From Octopus vulgaris (Eukaryota), in assembly GCA_951406725.2 (NCBI GenBank), contig OX597836.1:8246001-8310000 (forward strand): a DNA stretch of 64,000 nucleotides, written 5' to 3'. Shown here in pieces: positions 44,954-58,682 of the stretch. The position numbers and the translations under genes are program-made. Positions within the stretch are counted from its first letter, which is position 1, and every line of letters starts with the position of its first letter. The notes below the pieces were generated by a model. It was not told the origin of the DNA. It was given only the letters and a program-made list of their open reading frames with translations, and ran no database searches.

Positions 44954-45232
44954 ACATTTATATACATATCCATTTGTGTTCATGTGTTTATATGCGTAAG
45001 CATACACATTCACATGCGCACATGCGCACTTGTACACAGCCGCACACGAACACATCTACATGTTTGTATATCTTTGCGCAGATATGAAACTGGTTCGTAG
45101 CGGTTCGTGCGTTCTTAACATGTTTTTTAAAAAAAATTAGAACTGGTTATTAACACTTTGCGAGACCAGCGGGGAAGTTTATATCAGTCATTCTAAAGAT
45201 TAAAACGGCTTTGCCCACCTACGCTCTGGAAT

Positions 45233-45436
45233 TGGAGGCACGTGGCTTAGTGGTTAGGGTGCTGGACTCATGATCGTAAGATTGCGGTTTCGATTTCTCG
45301 ACCAAGCGACCCGTTGTGTTCTTGAGCAAAACACTTCATTTCACGTTGCTCCAGTCCACTCAGTGGGCAAAAACGAGTAAACCTGCGAAGGACTGGCGTC
45401 ACATCCAGGTGGGGAATTTATTCGCCATAGAAACCG
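45233..45436 (+). mobile_element. SINE family D (tRNA head plus CORE-like block)
   Basis: A box tggcttagtgg, B box ggtttcgatt, ttgtgttcttgagcaaaacacttcatttcac, then acctgcga..gactggcgt...tccagg. Fused directly to a family B copy. Confidence 0.8.
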
Positions 45437-45664
45437 CAAGCTGGCAGAAACGTTAGCACGCCGGACGAAATGCGTAGCCGTATTTCGTTTACCGTTACGT
45501 TCTAAGTTCAAATTCCGCCGAGGTCGACTTTGCCTTTCATCCTTTCGGGGTCGATAAATTAAGTACCAGTTACGCACTGGGGTCGATGTAATCGACTTAA
45601 TCCATTTGTCTATCCTTGTTTGTCCTCTCTCTGCTTAGCCCCTTGTGGGTAGTAAAGAGATAGG
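45437..45664 (+). mobile_element. SINE family B, near full length
   Basis: Matches 58478-58682 and the reverse complement of 62334-62562. Confidence 0.92.
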
Positions 45665-46219
45665 TATCTATTATATCGACCTCGAAAGGGTAAAAGATAA
45701 CGTTGACCAGGGTGGAGTTTGAACTCGCAACTAATGTCACATAGAATCTTCGCTGCTTTTTCGACTTCCCATAATCCTTCCCACATTTGGCACAAGGCCG
45801 GCATTTTTCAGAAAAGGTGGAGGTCGATTACCTCGACCCCAGTACTCAACTGGTACTTATTCTATCGATCTCGAAAGGATGGGAGGTAACCTCAACCTTG
45901 CCGTGGTTTGAACTCACAACGTAAAGTCGGCAGAGATGTCACACATCTCATTTGCGTGCCATCTCACCACCTTAGAGATCCTCATAACGAAAGTATACTT
46001 TAATGCCGAATGGAAAATTGTTTATATTAATAATAATCATCTTATTTTTCTGTGTATGAAGGAGATAACAAGATTATCTCCACATTAATTTCACTATCTT
46101 CGGTGTCGACATTATCAACTGCAGGCTAACTACATTAATCCATCGTATATTCTCTGATAGTCAGGTTGCGCCGAATATACATGTACGTATATATATATAC
46201 ATACATACATACATATATT

Positions 46220-46311
<92 letters not shown>

Positions 46312-47414
46312 TATAAATATATAATATATACGCACATGCATACATATATTATATATATACACACATGCATACATATATATAGACATGCATACATGCATAA
46401 ATACATACATACATGCATGCACACACATACACACAAATACATACATAGATATACATTTACGTTAAAAATGTTGTGTATATATATATGCATATAAATTCGT
46501 ATATATTCGTGTATACATATACAAACATACAGATTTGTATGAATATACGTACTGTGCATAAAAATACATACACACACACACAGACATATATATATATAGA
46601 TACATACACACACTATACACACACACACATGTATGTATGCATGTATATATATATTGGTACTCCCTTCTTTAAAGGTGGTTCTCTAGCATGGCTGCAGTCC
46701 GATGACTGAAGCAAATAAAAGCCATATATATATATATGTGTGTGTGTGTATTATGTATGTATGTATGTATGTATGTATGTATGTATAGGTGTTTGCATGC
46801 TAATATATACGTACATATATGTGTGTTTCTGTTTGAGATATCATCAACTACAGCGCTTCACTCTCTGGTAGAGAGCCGAGGGATGAAAGGCAAAGTCGAC
46901 GTGGGCGGAATTTGAACTTAGAACGCAGGGAGACAGTAAAACTGCCAATTAAGTCACAAGACCCTGACGTCAACAACAATAATAATTCTTTTTAATTCTG
47001 GAACAAAGCCAGTAATTTTGTGACTCTGGTGTGTTACTGGGAGTTTATTTTATCGACCCCGAAAGAGGAAAAGCTGAGTCGTCGTCTGCGGTGTTTGAAC
47101 TTGAAATGTAAAGAGCCGGAAGAAATGCTGCTAAATATTTTGTCCGACGCGCCAACGATTCTGGCAGTTCAACGCTTAAGGAATTTCACCAGAATCTGTC
47201 CGCTCCATGCGAACTAACTGTTAGTAGGATCGAATCCATCTCAACCACATGTAAGCTATGAAGCCATGACGAACATGGTACGTGATACGAAAAACGGGGA
47301 CAAATATGATTAAAGGATTAAGTAGGATTTACTCAGACATAATGTCAACTTTGAAGATGACAGATTAGGTTAAGAGAGCAGATTAGAAGAGTATATATAT
47401 ATACATATATACAT

Positions 47415-47499
<85 letters not shown>

Positions 47500-47615
47500 T
47501 ATACATATGTATATATATATATATATGAGGGAAAATAATAAAAGGGAAAACGGGTGGGAAAAGCTTAAACGGCAAAAATGATTTTAACATAACGCTTGAG
47601 AGGAAGAGAAAGCGT

Positions 47616-47651
47616 CTTTAACGTTTCGGAAACTAATCGTTCATCAGAAAA
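47616..47651 (-). ncRNA. Minimal hammerhead-like motif
   Basis: Minus strand: tttt CTGATGA acgattagtttcc GAAACGTTA aag. Core intact, stem II decayed. Confidence 0.5.
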
Positions 47652-48035
47652 AGGAGATAGATGTACACACACACACCAGTCATGAACTTTCTTGCACACA
47701 TGCAAGGGGAATATATTTTCTCTCTTGAATTTAGGACATTAAACGAAGCCAATTTTCCGGTTTCACACAGATTGCATTGCCTTGTACCATCACATCCTGC
47801 GATATATGTGTGTGTGTGTGTGTGTGATATTTAGAAATGCAATATTTCTAATTATATATATATAACCTAATTAAGGGATCATAAATCAACTGAAAATACT
47901 GGTTAGTTAGCAATCTATAGAAAATTCAGCTATAAGGTGGCCATATAAATCGTGGTTCATATATTTATATATTTAAAGAATAAGGAGAAAATGGATAGAT
48001 AATTAATAAAACCATTTATTACTTATAAAATATGA

Positions 48036-48128
48036 CAACATCTCTGACAGCTGTTTCGAATCAGAAATCTTTAGATAATTAATTTATAAAATTAAAATCA
48101 TTATAAGATGAATCTCTTCAAAGGTTGT
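48036..48128 (-). ncRNA. Hammerhead-like motif with long AT-rich stem II
   Basis: Minus strand: caacct TTGAAGA gattca...tgattc GAAAC agct GTC agagatgttg. Confidence 0.55.
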
Positions 48129-48150
48129 AAAGATATACCGATTAGAAATA

Positions 48151-48480
48151 TATGTTGAGATAACGGCTATAAAGCGTTAACAAATAGCATATATACAAAT
48201 AGAGTCGGTTATGGAAGGCCTCAATGTAACATAGGGGGAGAAGGTAGTATATGTTAGGCCTTAAAGAAAGAAAATAAGAGATTAATATAATATCGTGGGT
48301 AATGAGAAGGAGAAAAAGAAACGGGAAAAAGGAAGCAGAAAACCCTATGTATTTATAAATATATAATAATAATAATACCACACTACCTTCTCCCCCTATG
48401 TTCGATTGAGGCCTTCTATAACCGGTTCTATTTGTATATATGCTATCAGTTAACGGTTTTATAGCCGATATCTCAACATA
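48151..48480. repeat. Inverted repeat, ~98 bp arms, ~133 bp spacer
   Basis: 48151-48248 is the reverse complement of 48382-48480, with about 10 differences. Confidence 0.93.
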
Positions 48481-48527
48481 ATTTAATATATATATATATA
48501 TGTGTGTGTATGTATATATATACACAC

Positions 48528-48682
48528 ACAACGGGCTTTTTTCTGTTTCCGTGTACCAAATCCACTCACAAGGCTTTGGTTGGCACAACGCAATAGCAAA
48601 AGACAGCCGCCTATGGTGCCACACGCTGGGACTGAACCCGGAAGCATGTGGTTGGTAAGAAAGCTTCTTACCTTACAGTCAC
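48528..48682 (-). mobile_element. SINE family A, 5' half
   Basis: ccaaatccactcacaaggctttgg...gggactgaacccggaa. Confidence 0.82.
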
Positions 48683-48745
48683 GATATACATGTATACATG
48701 TATATACATACATACATACATGTATATATATACATACATACATAT

Positions 48746-48785
<40 letters not shown>

Positions 48786-48789
48786 GTGT

Positions 48790-48848
<59 letters not shown>

Positions 48849-49051
48849 TATACACAACATGCTAACGAACCAAACCAGATTACTGAATTAGGTTAACAGT
48901 GGTTAACAGTCCCGGTAAACTGATAAGGCTAATATATTAGGTTAACAGACTAGTTACATAGATCTAATTAACGGGCCAGGGTGACTGATTAGGTTAACGT
49001 ACTGGTGTGTGCACGTGTGTGTGCATGTGTGCGTGTGTGTGTGTGTGTGTA

Positions 49052-49086
<35 letters not shown>

Positions 49087-49828
49087 TGGGACATGAATGC
49101 AGATGTTTGTGACTGTAGTAGTGGCGGTGGTGACGGGCGGATGTTGTGGATGTGCTGATGAGTAAGGTGGTGGTGGTGGTGGTGGTGGTTGGCGTTTGGT
49201 GGTGGTGGTTGGTGACGGTGGTGATGGTGGTGGTGATGATGGTGGTGGTGTTTGGTGGTGGTGTTGTTGTTGTTGGTGGTGGTGGTGGTGGTGGAGGTGA
49301 TGGTGGTGGTGGTGGGGTTGATGGTGGTGGTGGTGGTGGTGGTGGTGGTGGTTGGTGGTGGTGTTTGGTGGTGGTGTTGTTGTTGTTGGTGGTGGTGGTG
49401 GTGGTAGTGGTGGTGGTGGTTGGTGACGGTGGTTGTGGTGGTGGTGGTGGTGGTAGTGGTTGGTGACGGTGATGATGGCGGTTTAGAATAGGGGTTATAC
49501 AGTCTAACAGCGATTGTTCTGCAATCGTGGATGGATACGATAAAATTTCTCTGATGTCAGATAAACGCTCCGTACGATTACAACAACCACAACTCTTTGA
49601 TTTCTCTATAAAAACAGCAAAATATAGAGAACGGACGAACGAACGAACGAACGTTCTTACTTTTTCTTCCACCACCACGCACCACCTCCCCACCTCACTC
49701 TCTCACCTCTATTTCTCGCACATATGCACACACACAAATATCTGTGCACATACACACATATATGTCAGTGTTTGCGTATATGTGTTTATATATACATTTA
49801 TATGTATATATACATATATATATCTATC

Positions 49829-49859
<31 letters not shown>

Positions 49860-49896
49860 CTATATAGCTATATCTATATATCTATCTATCTATCTA

Positions 49897-49947
<51 letters not shown>

Positions 49948-50080
49948 ATATATATATACACACACATATATATATACATACACAAACATATATATAGTTA
50001 GTTGTACATACATATAACGTAATTATGTGTTCGTGTACACACATATATATCCACATATGTGTATGTATATATATATATAG

Positions 50081-50145
<65 letters not shown>

Positions 50146-50239
50146 CTCACGTATACACACACACACAAATATACACAAACGCACAATAGCACAAGATGAA
50201 AGAAATTGTATATATATATATGTGTTTGTGTATATATAT

Positions 50240-50270
<31 letters not shown>

Positions 50271-50390
50271 CATAAATACATACACACACACACACACATA
50301 CACACATACACACATACATATATGCTAACCTACAAAAGGTATCATTTGTGATAACGTAATTCAAATCAGTCAAATAAGCTCCCGCGCGCG

Positions 50391-50452
<62 letters not shown>

Positions 50453-50775
50453 CACACACACACACCTGTATGCAACACGTGTTTCCTTCCACTAAGGAAT
50501 ACCCGTGATAAATACCCTTTGAATTTATGAGATGGAATGTATATATATATATATATATACACACACACATATATATATATGATACATGTATACATATTTA
50601 CATGTATGTGTATGTATGTTTGTGCGTGCGTGCGTGTATGTTTGTGCGTGTGTATCTGTGTGAGTGTGCGTGTGTATGTGTGTGTGTAACTTCACACACT
50701 ACAACTATATTATGTTGAGTTACCTAGATATACTGTGTATACCGAAACTGGCTTTAATCTTGTTCAAAGAAGGCA

Positions 50776-50831
<56 letters not shown>

Positions 50832-50837
50832 ACGAAA

Positions 50838-50878
<41 letters not shown>

Positions 50879-51411
50879 CAATATACTATGTATATAAATT
50901 AAATATATCAATTTATAGGTTTATATAAATATACAGGTATACATATCAAGATAGATAGATAGATAGATGATAGATAGATAGATAAATAGATAGATGCATA
51001 CATACATACATACTTATGTTCAAACACACACACACGTATAGCATTGCACATGAACATTATAAATGAAGGCTGTTTTGCATGCAAAAGAAATATTAGTTAA
51101 TAACGGGCTCCCTTCAGAGACCAAGCTGTAAAAACCATTCTTGATTAAATCCACTCGCACCAATACATCGGTTGTAGGCACCCACTAAAAACACACACAA
51201 ATCAGAGATATTCTGTTCTGCAAGAATCAAATACATTCCTACTAAAAGCGGGATGGAAACGTCATGAATAAAAGAAAAAAAAAACCCTTGTGAATCTGAA
51301 CACAATATATATTGTGCTAAACCATGAATTCATATTTAGGATAAGTAAAGTTGGTGCTACTATCCTATGACATCTGCTTTGCTATTTGCGACCTACCGTA
51401 AATGACAATGT

Positions 51412-52029
51412 ACTCTACCAAATAACCCACTTACGGCCTTCAAGCAATTAATTCCAGCCCGTTTAGTTGTTCGCACTAGCACCATGCTGGCCAGAGACTT
51501 TTACGGAATAATCTCAAGTGAAGAATATTGGCTATCAGCACAGAACCGTCAACCATCGAGTGAATTATGTGGAGCCGACATCAGGGGCTCTTATACTACA
51601 AGCAATTGTAGGAGCTCTTATACAAGCTATTGGGGTATCGTGAGTTGATGCCAAGATTGAAATACCCAAGAAAAAAAATGAGCAGTACCTACTCAATATT
51701 TTCAATCAAATTTGCATTTTCCAACAATAATGTGATTGAAAATACTGAGTAGGTACTCCTCATTTTTTTTTTCTTGGGTATTTCAATCTTGGCATCAACT
51801 CACGATACCCCAATTGCTTTATAAGAGCTCCTACAATTGCTTGTAGTATAAGAGCCCCTGATGTCGGCTCCACATAATTCACTCGATGGTTGACGGTTCT
51901 GTGCTGATAGCCAATATTCTTCACTCCAGATTATTCCGTAAAAATCTCTGGCCAGCATGGTGCCATTGTGAACAACTAAACGGGCTGGAATTAATTGCTG
52001 AAGGCCGTAAGTGGGTTGTTTGGTAGAGT
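51412..52029. repeat. Long near-perfect inverted repeat (foldback or palindromic MITE)
   Basis: Arms 51412-51708 and 51733-52029, 24 nt loop, roughly 95% complementary by eye. Confidence 0.96.
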
Positions 52030-52447
52030 CTAGGGATCGAAACCGCGATCCCATGACCGCGAGTCCGCTGCCCTAACCACTGGGCCGTTGCGCCTCCAAA
52101 TATATATGGATGGTATGGAAGCACTCCGTCGGTTACGGCGATGAGGGTTCCGGTTGATCCGAATCAACGGAACAGCCTGCTCGTGAAATCAACGTGTAAG
52201 TGGCTGAGCACTCCACAGACACGAGCACCCTTAACGTAGTTCTCGGGGATATTCAGCGTGACACAGAGAGTGACAAGACCGGCCCTTTGAAATACAGGTA
52301 CAACAGAAACAGGAAGTAAGAGTGAGAGAAAGTTGTGGTGAAAGAGTACAGCAGGGATCACCACCATCCCCTGCCGGAGCCTCGTGGAGCTTTTAGGTGT
52401 TTTCGCTCAATAAACACTCACAACGCCCGGTCTGGGAATCGAAACCA
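52027..52447 (-). mobile_element. SINE family C in permuted order (body and tail 52447-52121, then head 52098-52027)
   Basis: Both pieces match the 43597 copy and overlap in ggtttcgat.cc.agac. Confidence 0.88.
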
Positions 52448-52522
52448 AATATATATATATTGTGTACCGTTGGCGATTTTTTTCCCTCTGTCTTCCCTTC
52501 TCTTGATCTTTCCTTCTCCTAT

Positions 52523-52558
52523 GTTTCCGACGAAGAGCTCCGCTCGAAACGTTAAACG
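52523..52558 (+). ncRNA. Minimal hammerhead-like motif in a PLE-type terminal repeat (52460-52655)
   Basis: gttt CCGACGA a gagc-tcc-gctc GAAACGTTA aac; U4 to C change in the core. Confidence 0.6.
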
Positions 52559-52959
52559 CTCCTTCTTTCCTTCTTTCCTGAGCGTCCAATAATACTATAT
52601 TTGTTCCACGTCCTTGCATTGTTGTGTTTTTTTGTGCTTTCATGTTTGGATTAACTATATATATATATATATATGGATATGTATGTATGTATTTGCATAT
52701 ATAGTATATATATATTTCTATATATACACATGAGGTGGGGCTAAGTGTATGCAGGTATTTTCTTTGAACTTGATTAAAAATGGTATCGGCATACAGCATA
52801 GAAATCTATCTAAACATCAGCTGCGGTGCATATAGATACTATCTACACATGTGTATGTATGTATATGTGTATGTATGTATGTATATACGTATGTATGCAT
52901 AGATATACATATAAATATAAATGTATATATATATATATATATATATATATCATATATAT

Positions 52960-53001
<42 letters not shown>

Positions 53002-53209
53002 TACAGATTCATAGAGTATTTAACACGTGTTTTCCTCAGAGATAAAAGTGTGTGTGGGAGATGCGTAAAATTAACGCACACGTCTACTAAATGTACCTCG
53101 AACGTACTCACTTCACACAACTACCGAAGCACACGGATAAACACACACACACACACTCACTCACACCCACACATAAACACACACACATACGCACATCAAC
53201 ACACACATG

Positions 53210-53285
<76 letters not shown>

Positions 53286-53490
53286 CTTTTCTACTATAAG
53301 AAGCAGTGCACAAGCACTCAGCTCTGAGGGCAAAGCGTCTTATAGCAGAAACAGCTGTGAGCTAATGAAGTTGATGAAGCTGATTATGTGGTTTGTGTTC
53401 TTTTGCCATTCGTTAATTAATGTTCCGCTCTGCATTCTCCCAACGCTTTTCTCTATAAACGACTGGTTATTTGTATCGCGATGCGTAACG

Positions 53491-53525
<35 letters not shown>

Positions 53526-53653
53526 GGGCTTCTACAGGAGCGTGGCTATAAGGTAACAAGCTTGCTTCCCTTCCACATGGCTCACTATGTGGCACCTTCT
53601 ATGTATGTGCATGTGTATGTATGTATGTATGTATGTATGTATGTATGTATGTA

Positions 53654-53715
<62 letters not shown>

Positions 53716-53961
53716 ATAAAATACAAAATGGGACCAGAACGGAAAGCATCCGGACAACTAAGTGATACAAAAGGGGACAACAAAACATCCTGATAGACGA
53801 TACAAAAAAAAAAAGACGGGTCATTCGAAGACTTTTATCTTCAGTCAAGAACCGGATCATCCTCGCAATTTCGGCTGAACGTATGTATGTATGTATGTAT
53901 GTATGTATGTATGTATGTATGTATGTATGTATGTATGTATGTATTTTTAGTAGAAGTAATG

Positions 53962-54145
53962 CGGTCAGCCGGCTGAATCGTTAGCACGCTGGGTGAAGTG
54001 TTTAGCGGCATTTCTTCCGTCTTTACGTTCTGAGTTCAAATTCTTTCATTCTTTCGACGGTCGATAAATTAAGTACCAGCTGAACACTTGGGTCGAGGCA
54101 ATCAACAAGTCCCCTCCCTCAAAATTGCTGCCCTTGTGCCGCAAT
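53962..54145 (+). mobile_element. SINE family B
   Basis: gttagcacgc...tacgttctgagttcaaatt...gtcgataaattaagtaccag. Confidence 0.82.
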
Positions 54146-54500
54146 TTTAAATCAATAATTAGTAAAAGTAGTTGAGTAACTCAAGGTCCTTGAGTCACTT
54201 TGTTATTTCTACTAGATATTAATAACATACATATACTCATGTTTTGAGTCTGTTTTTCCTGTTTGCATCAACATACCTGTTTGTATGTGCAGGTGTGTGT
54301 GTGTGTGTGTATATATACATATACATACACACACACACACATATATATATATTGATGCATTATATTATTCATATTAGATAAAATATAAACAGAGGTATGA
54401 GAAAGTTATAAGAGGATTAATATTTTAAATTATAACATCAATATATCTTAAATTTATTTTAGTTATGTAAGAATTAAACTGTATATACATGAGGAATACT

Positions 54501-54540
<40 letters not shown>

Positions 54541-54933
54541 CACACACATATATTTCCGTACAAACATACTCATAGGTACATACGTATTACATGTGTTTAA
54601 AGGAGAGGAATACTCAATTTCATCTACTAATTACTTCACTCCACTGGAGAGATAAAGGTAAAATGAGGTATTTTTGCCTCTTGGCTGAAACAGCTGTAAG
54701 GTATTCTCCCAACTTCTGTTGCTGTATGTTATATATTTTAATAATTACTGATAGTTTTATATTTTATATATTATATATGTAAAGCATAATATGGTATACA
54801 TGTATGTATATTGTTATAATTGTCCTTTTAGTAAATAAATAAATAAATTGACATAATATAACGTCTAAAAGTTGATGAATACCACCTCTTCATCCCCTCC
54901 ATTTTCTTATTGCTCTCTCTCTCTCTCTCTCTG

Positions 54934-55008
<75 letters not shown>

Positions 55009-55122
55009 ACTGTATATATGTACATATATATGTATATACACATATATATACATATATATATGTATATATATATATATCTACTATATATATGTACTTATAT
55101 ATGTATATACATATATATATAA

Positions 55123-55154
<32 letters not shown>

Positions 55155-55155
55155 A

Positions 55156-55202
<47 letters not shown>

Positions 55203-55710
55203 ATATATATGCGTTGTAATGTGTGTGTGTGTTTGTGTGTGTGTATGTGTGTACGATATCTCTGCGTTGCGTATATATGTGTATGTGTGTATGATATCTT
55301 TGCCCTGTGTATGAATGTGTTTGTGTGTGTATGTGATATCTTTGTGTGTGTATGATATCTTTGCGTTGTGTATATATGTGTGTGTGTGTGCGTGTGCTTG
55401 TGCACATCTTTGCGTCATGTATGTGTGTGTGTGTGAGATATCTTTGCATTGTGTTTATGAGAGTATTTATGAGAGTGCTTGTGTATATGTGTGAATATCT
55501 TTGTGTTGTGTATGTGTGTGTGTGTTTATAAGCGCTTATTTTCTGTGTATTTTTTACACACACACAAACATATACAATCCAAATTCCTTGTCTCTCTCCC
55601 TCACTTTCTACTCTCACTTCATCTATCTCTTCTCTTGTCTCTCTCCCTTTCTCTCTCTCCCTTTCTCTCTCTCTCTCTCTCACTCTCTCTTCCACTGTCT
55701 TTCTCCCTCC

Positions 55711-55746
<36 letters not shown>

Positions 55747-56345
55747 GAGGACATGTTTATCCGTGCATGATGAAATCTGCATAAAAAGGAGAGAAGCAAC
55801 GCATCGCCGTCCGTGTAGTTGCTGTTACTGTATTGCCTAGAGTAGAGGTGTAGGTGTTCGTGGCGGTGCCGGTGGTGGTACAAGTGACCTTTATCTGCGT
55901 TACACAAAAAGGCATCCCCCCACCCAACAAAAAAACAAATCCCACCTCCACCACCACCATCACAATAACAAGAGCAACAACAACAAAATCAACAGCAAAT
56001 TCTTATCCCTTCAGACCCGCATGTCTCTGCGTGCGATGGATGTCAGTGGGTTAGCGAGGGAAAGAATGGACAAATAGTCATATTCTATTCATATTCTATT
56101 CATATGATTTTCATATGATTACAATATGATTACAATACGTTATATGAATTTCTCCATATCGCAACACATTAAGCTCATTAATTAACTTTCGTCATCGTTT
56201 GTAAATATTAAAACGAAATAAATCGTTATTGTCCTTGTATTTTAATTCAACACCATTGTTACTGAGAGAAATATTTTACATCATATTTATGTGTGTGTGC
56301 GCGCGCGCGTGCACATATATATATGATATATACATACACACACAC

Positions 56346-56389
<44 letters not shown>

Positions 56390-56504
56390 GTGTACATGTA
56401 TGTATGAATGTATGTATATATATATATGATATATACATATATATATATATGTGTGTGCATGTATGTATATATATGATTGTATGTATATATATATATATAT
56501 ATAC

Positions 56505-56574
<70 letters not shown>

Positions 56575-56662
56575 GGGAGAATTCACAAAAAAAAACAAAA
56601 GACTAAGACAGGTGGTGTAGACAACAAACAGATGTATTAGTTTAACGCTCGGGAAGTAAAAG

Positions 56663-56698
56663 TCTTTAACGTTTCGAGCCTACGCTCTTCCACAGAAC
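56663..56698 (-). ncRNA. Minimal hammerhead-like motif
   Basis: Minus strand: tt CTGTGGA a gagc-gtag-gctc GAAACGTTA aaga; downstream gagcgttaaactaatac resembles the 52523 element. Confidence 0.55.
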
Positions 56699-56956
56699 GG
56701 AACACACACACACATACACACACACACACACACACATGCATATATATAGTAGCGGGTGGACATGGATGTACACTGAGCCCTCTTGTTCTTGGATATCTAA
56801 TGATGAAGAGAGAACTACCCTATCAATAAGTGCTGCTTATTGGCGGCCGAGTAGACTGAAGTCCATATGAAATCAAGTGCTGAGCTCATGAAGTGATCGC
56901 CGCCAGCACTGGACTGCACATCTTGCCAAACACATGTACAGAGAGAGACTGTGTGT

Positions 56957-56999
<43 letters not shown>

Positions 57000-57603
57000 T
57001 GTGTGTGATCTATACAGAGAGGGAGAGAGAGAGAGAGTATGTGTGTGTGTGTGCGTGCGTGTGAATGTCTATGTGTATGTTTCTGCGTGTGTTTGTGATC
57101 TAGAGAGAGGAAGAGAGAGAGAGTATGTGTGTGTGAGTGTGTGATCTATACAGAGAGGGAGCGAGAGAGAGTATGTGTGTATGTGTGTGTGTCTATTCGA
57201 GTGTGTGTGTCATCTACGCAGAGAGAGAAAGAGAGAGAGGGAACATATTTGCGTGTATGAGTGCCTCGTATGTGTGCTTATATGAGTATGTGTGTGTGAT
57301 CCGCAGAGAGAGAAAGTGAGAGAGAGAGAAAGGGAGGGAGGGAGGGAGAGAGAGATACACGTAAACACATACAAGTTATTATATACTCACACACACATAT
57401 AAAAACGATTTCATCTGTTGGATCAAGGAGCCAGAAATGTTTCGGAGGAAGAGTAAATCGATTGCATCGATCCCCAGTACACAACTGGTACTTCATCGAC
57501 CCCGAGACGATGAAAGACAAAGTCGACCTCGGCGGGATTTGAACTCAGATTGTAAAGAGCTGGAAGCTCGAACATATCATATTACAATTACTAAGGCAAC
57601 TAT

Positions 57604-57650
<47 letters not shown>

Positions 57651-57764
57651 GCACACACACACACGTCTTTTATTTGTTTCATCCAATAGACTGCGGCCAT
57701 GCTGGGGCACTGCCTTGATGAAGTTTAGTCGAATACCTCGACCTCTCTCTCTTTCTCTTTTCTC

Positions 57765-58162
57765 TCTTTTACTTGCTTCAGTCATTTGACTGCGGCCATG
57801 CTGGAGCACCGCCTTTAGTCGAGCAAATCAACCCCCGGGACTTATTCTTTGTAAGCCTAGTACTTATTCTATCGGTCTCTTTTTGCCGAGCCGCTAAGTG
57901 ACGGGGACGTAAACACACCAGCATCGGTTGTCAAGCAATGCTAGGGGGACAAAGACAGATACACAAACACATACACACACATATATATATACATATATAC
58001 GACAGGCTTCTTTCAGTTTCCGTCTACCAAATCCACTCACAAGGCTTTGGTCGGCCCAAGGCTATAGTAGAAGACACTTGCCCAAGGTGCCACGCAGTGG
58101 GACTGAACCCGGAACCATGTGGCTGGTAAACAAGCTACTTACCACACAGCCACTCCTGCGCC
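57765..58162 (-). mobile_element. SINE family A, full length
   Basis: Head GGCGCAGGAGTGGCTGTGTGG (A box), GGGTTCAGTCCC (B box), CORE-like ccttgggcaagt, internal microsatellite, tail aagtaaaagag. Confidence 0.93.
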
Positions 58163-58477
58163 TATGTACTTGTTTTTTTGTTTTTGTTAACTTTTGTTTT
58201 TTAGGCGTGGTTTATCGATCGGTTTCGCTGAAGCGCTAATGTTATGGAGGTTGTAAACACATCAACTCCGGTTGACAATCGGAAACGGTGGGGGGGGGGA
58301 TGAAAAGAAGAAAAAAAACACTCACACACACACACACGCACACGCACAACCACACACACACACACACACACACAAACATATACAGATCGGCGGTGCCCCA
58401 GCATGGCCACAACTCGTGAGCTGAAACTAGATAATATAAAAATAATAAAAAAAAAGATAATAATATTCTTATTATTA

Positions 58478-58682
58478 GGCGGCGAGCTGGCAGAAACGTT
58501 AGCACGCCGGGCGATATGCGTAGCAGTAGTTCGGCTGCCGCTGCGATCTGAGTTCAAATTCCGCCGAGGTGGACTAAATTAAGTACCAGTTACGCACTGG
58601 GTTCGATGTAATCGACTTAATCCCTTTATCTGTCCTTGTTTGTTCCTATATGTTTAGCCCCCTGTGGGCAGTTAAGAAATAA
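58478..58682 (+). mobile_element. SINE family B
   Basis: ggcggcgagctggcagaaacgttagcacgccgggcg...tttagcccc.tgtggg. Confidence 0.9.

Noticed and set aside
51800-52054. 84 aa ORF in the foldback arm
   Set aside because: It starts in a SINE head, has no recognisable motif, and the frame is broken by indels in the other arm.
55764-55800. C/D snoRNA C box (ATGATGA)
   Set aside because: No matching D box or terminal stem at a suitable distance.
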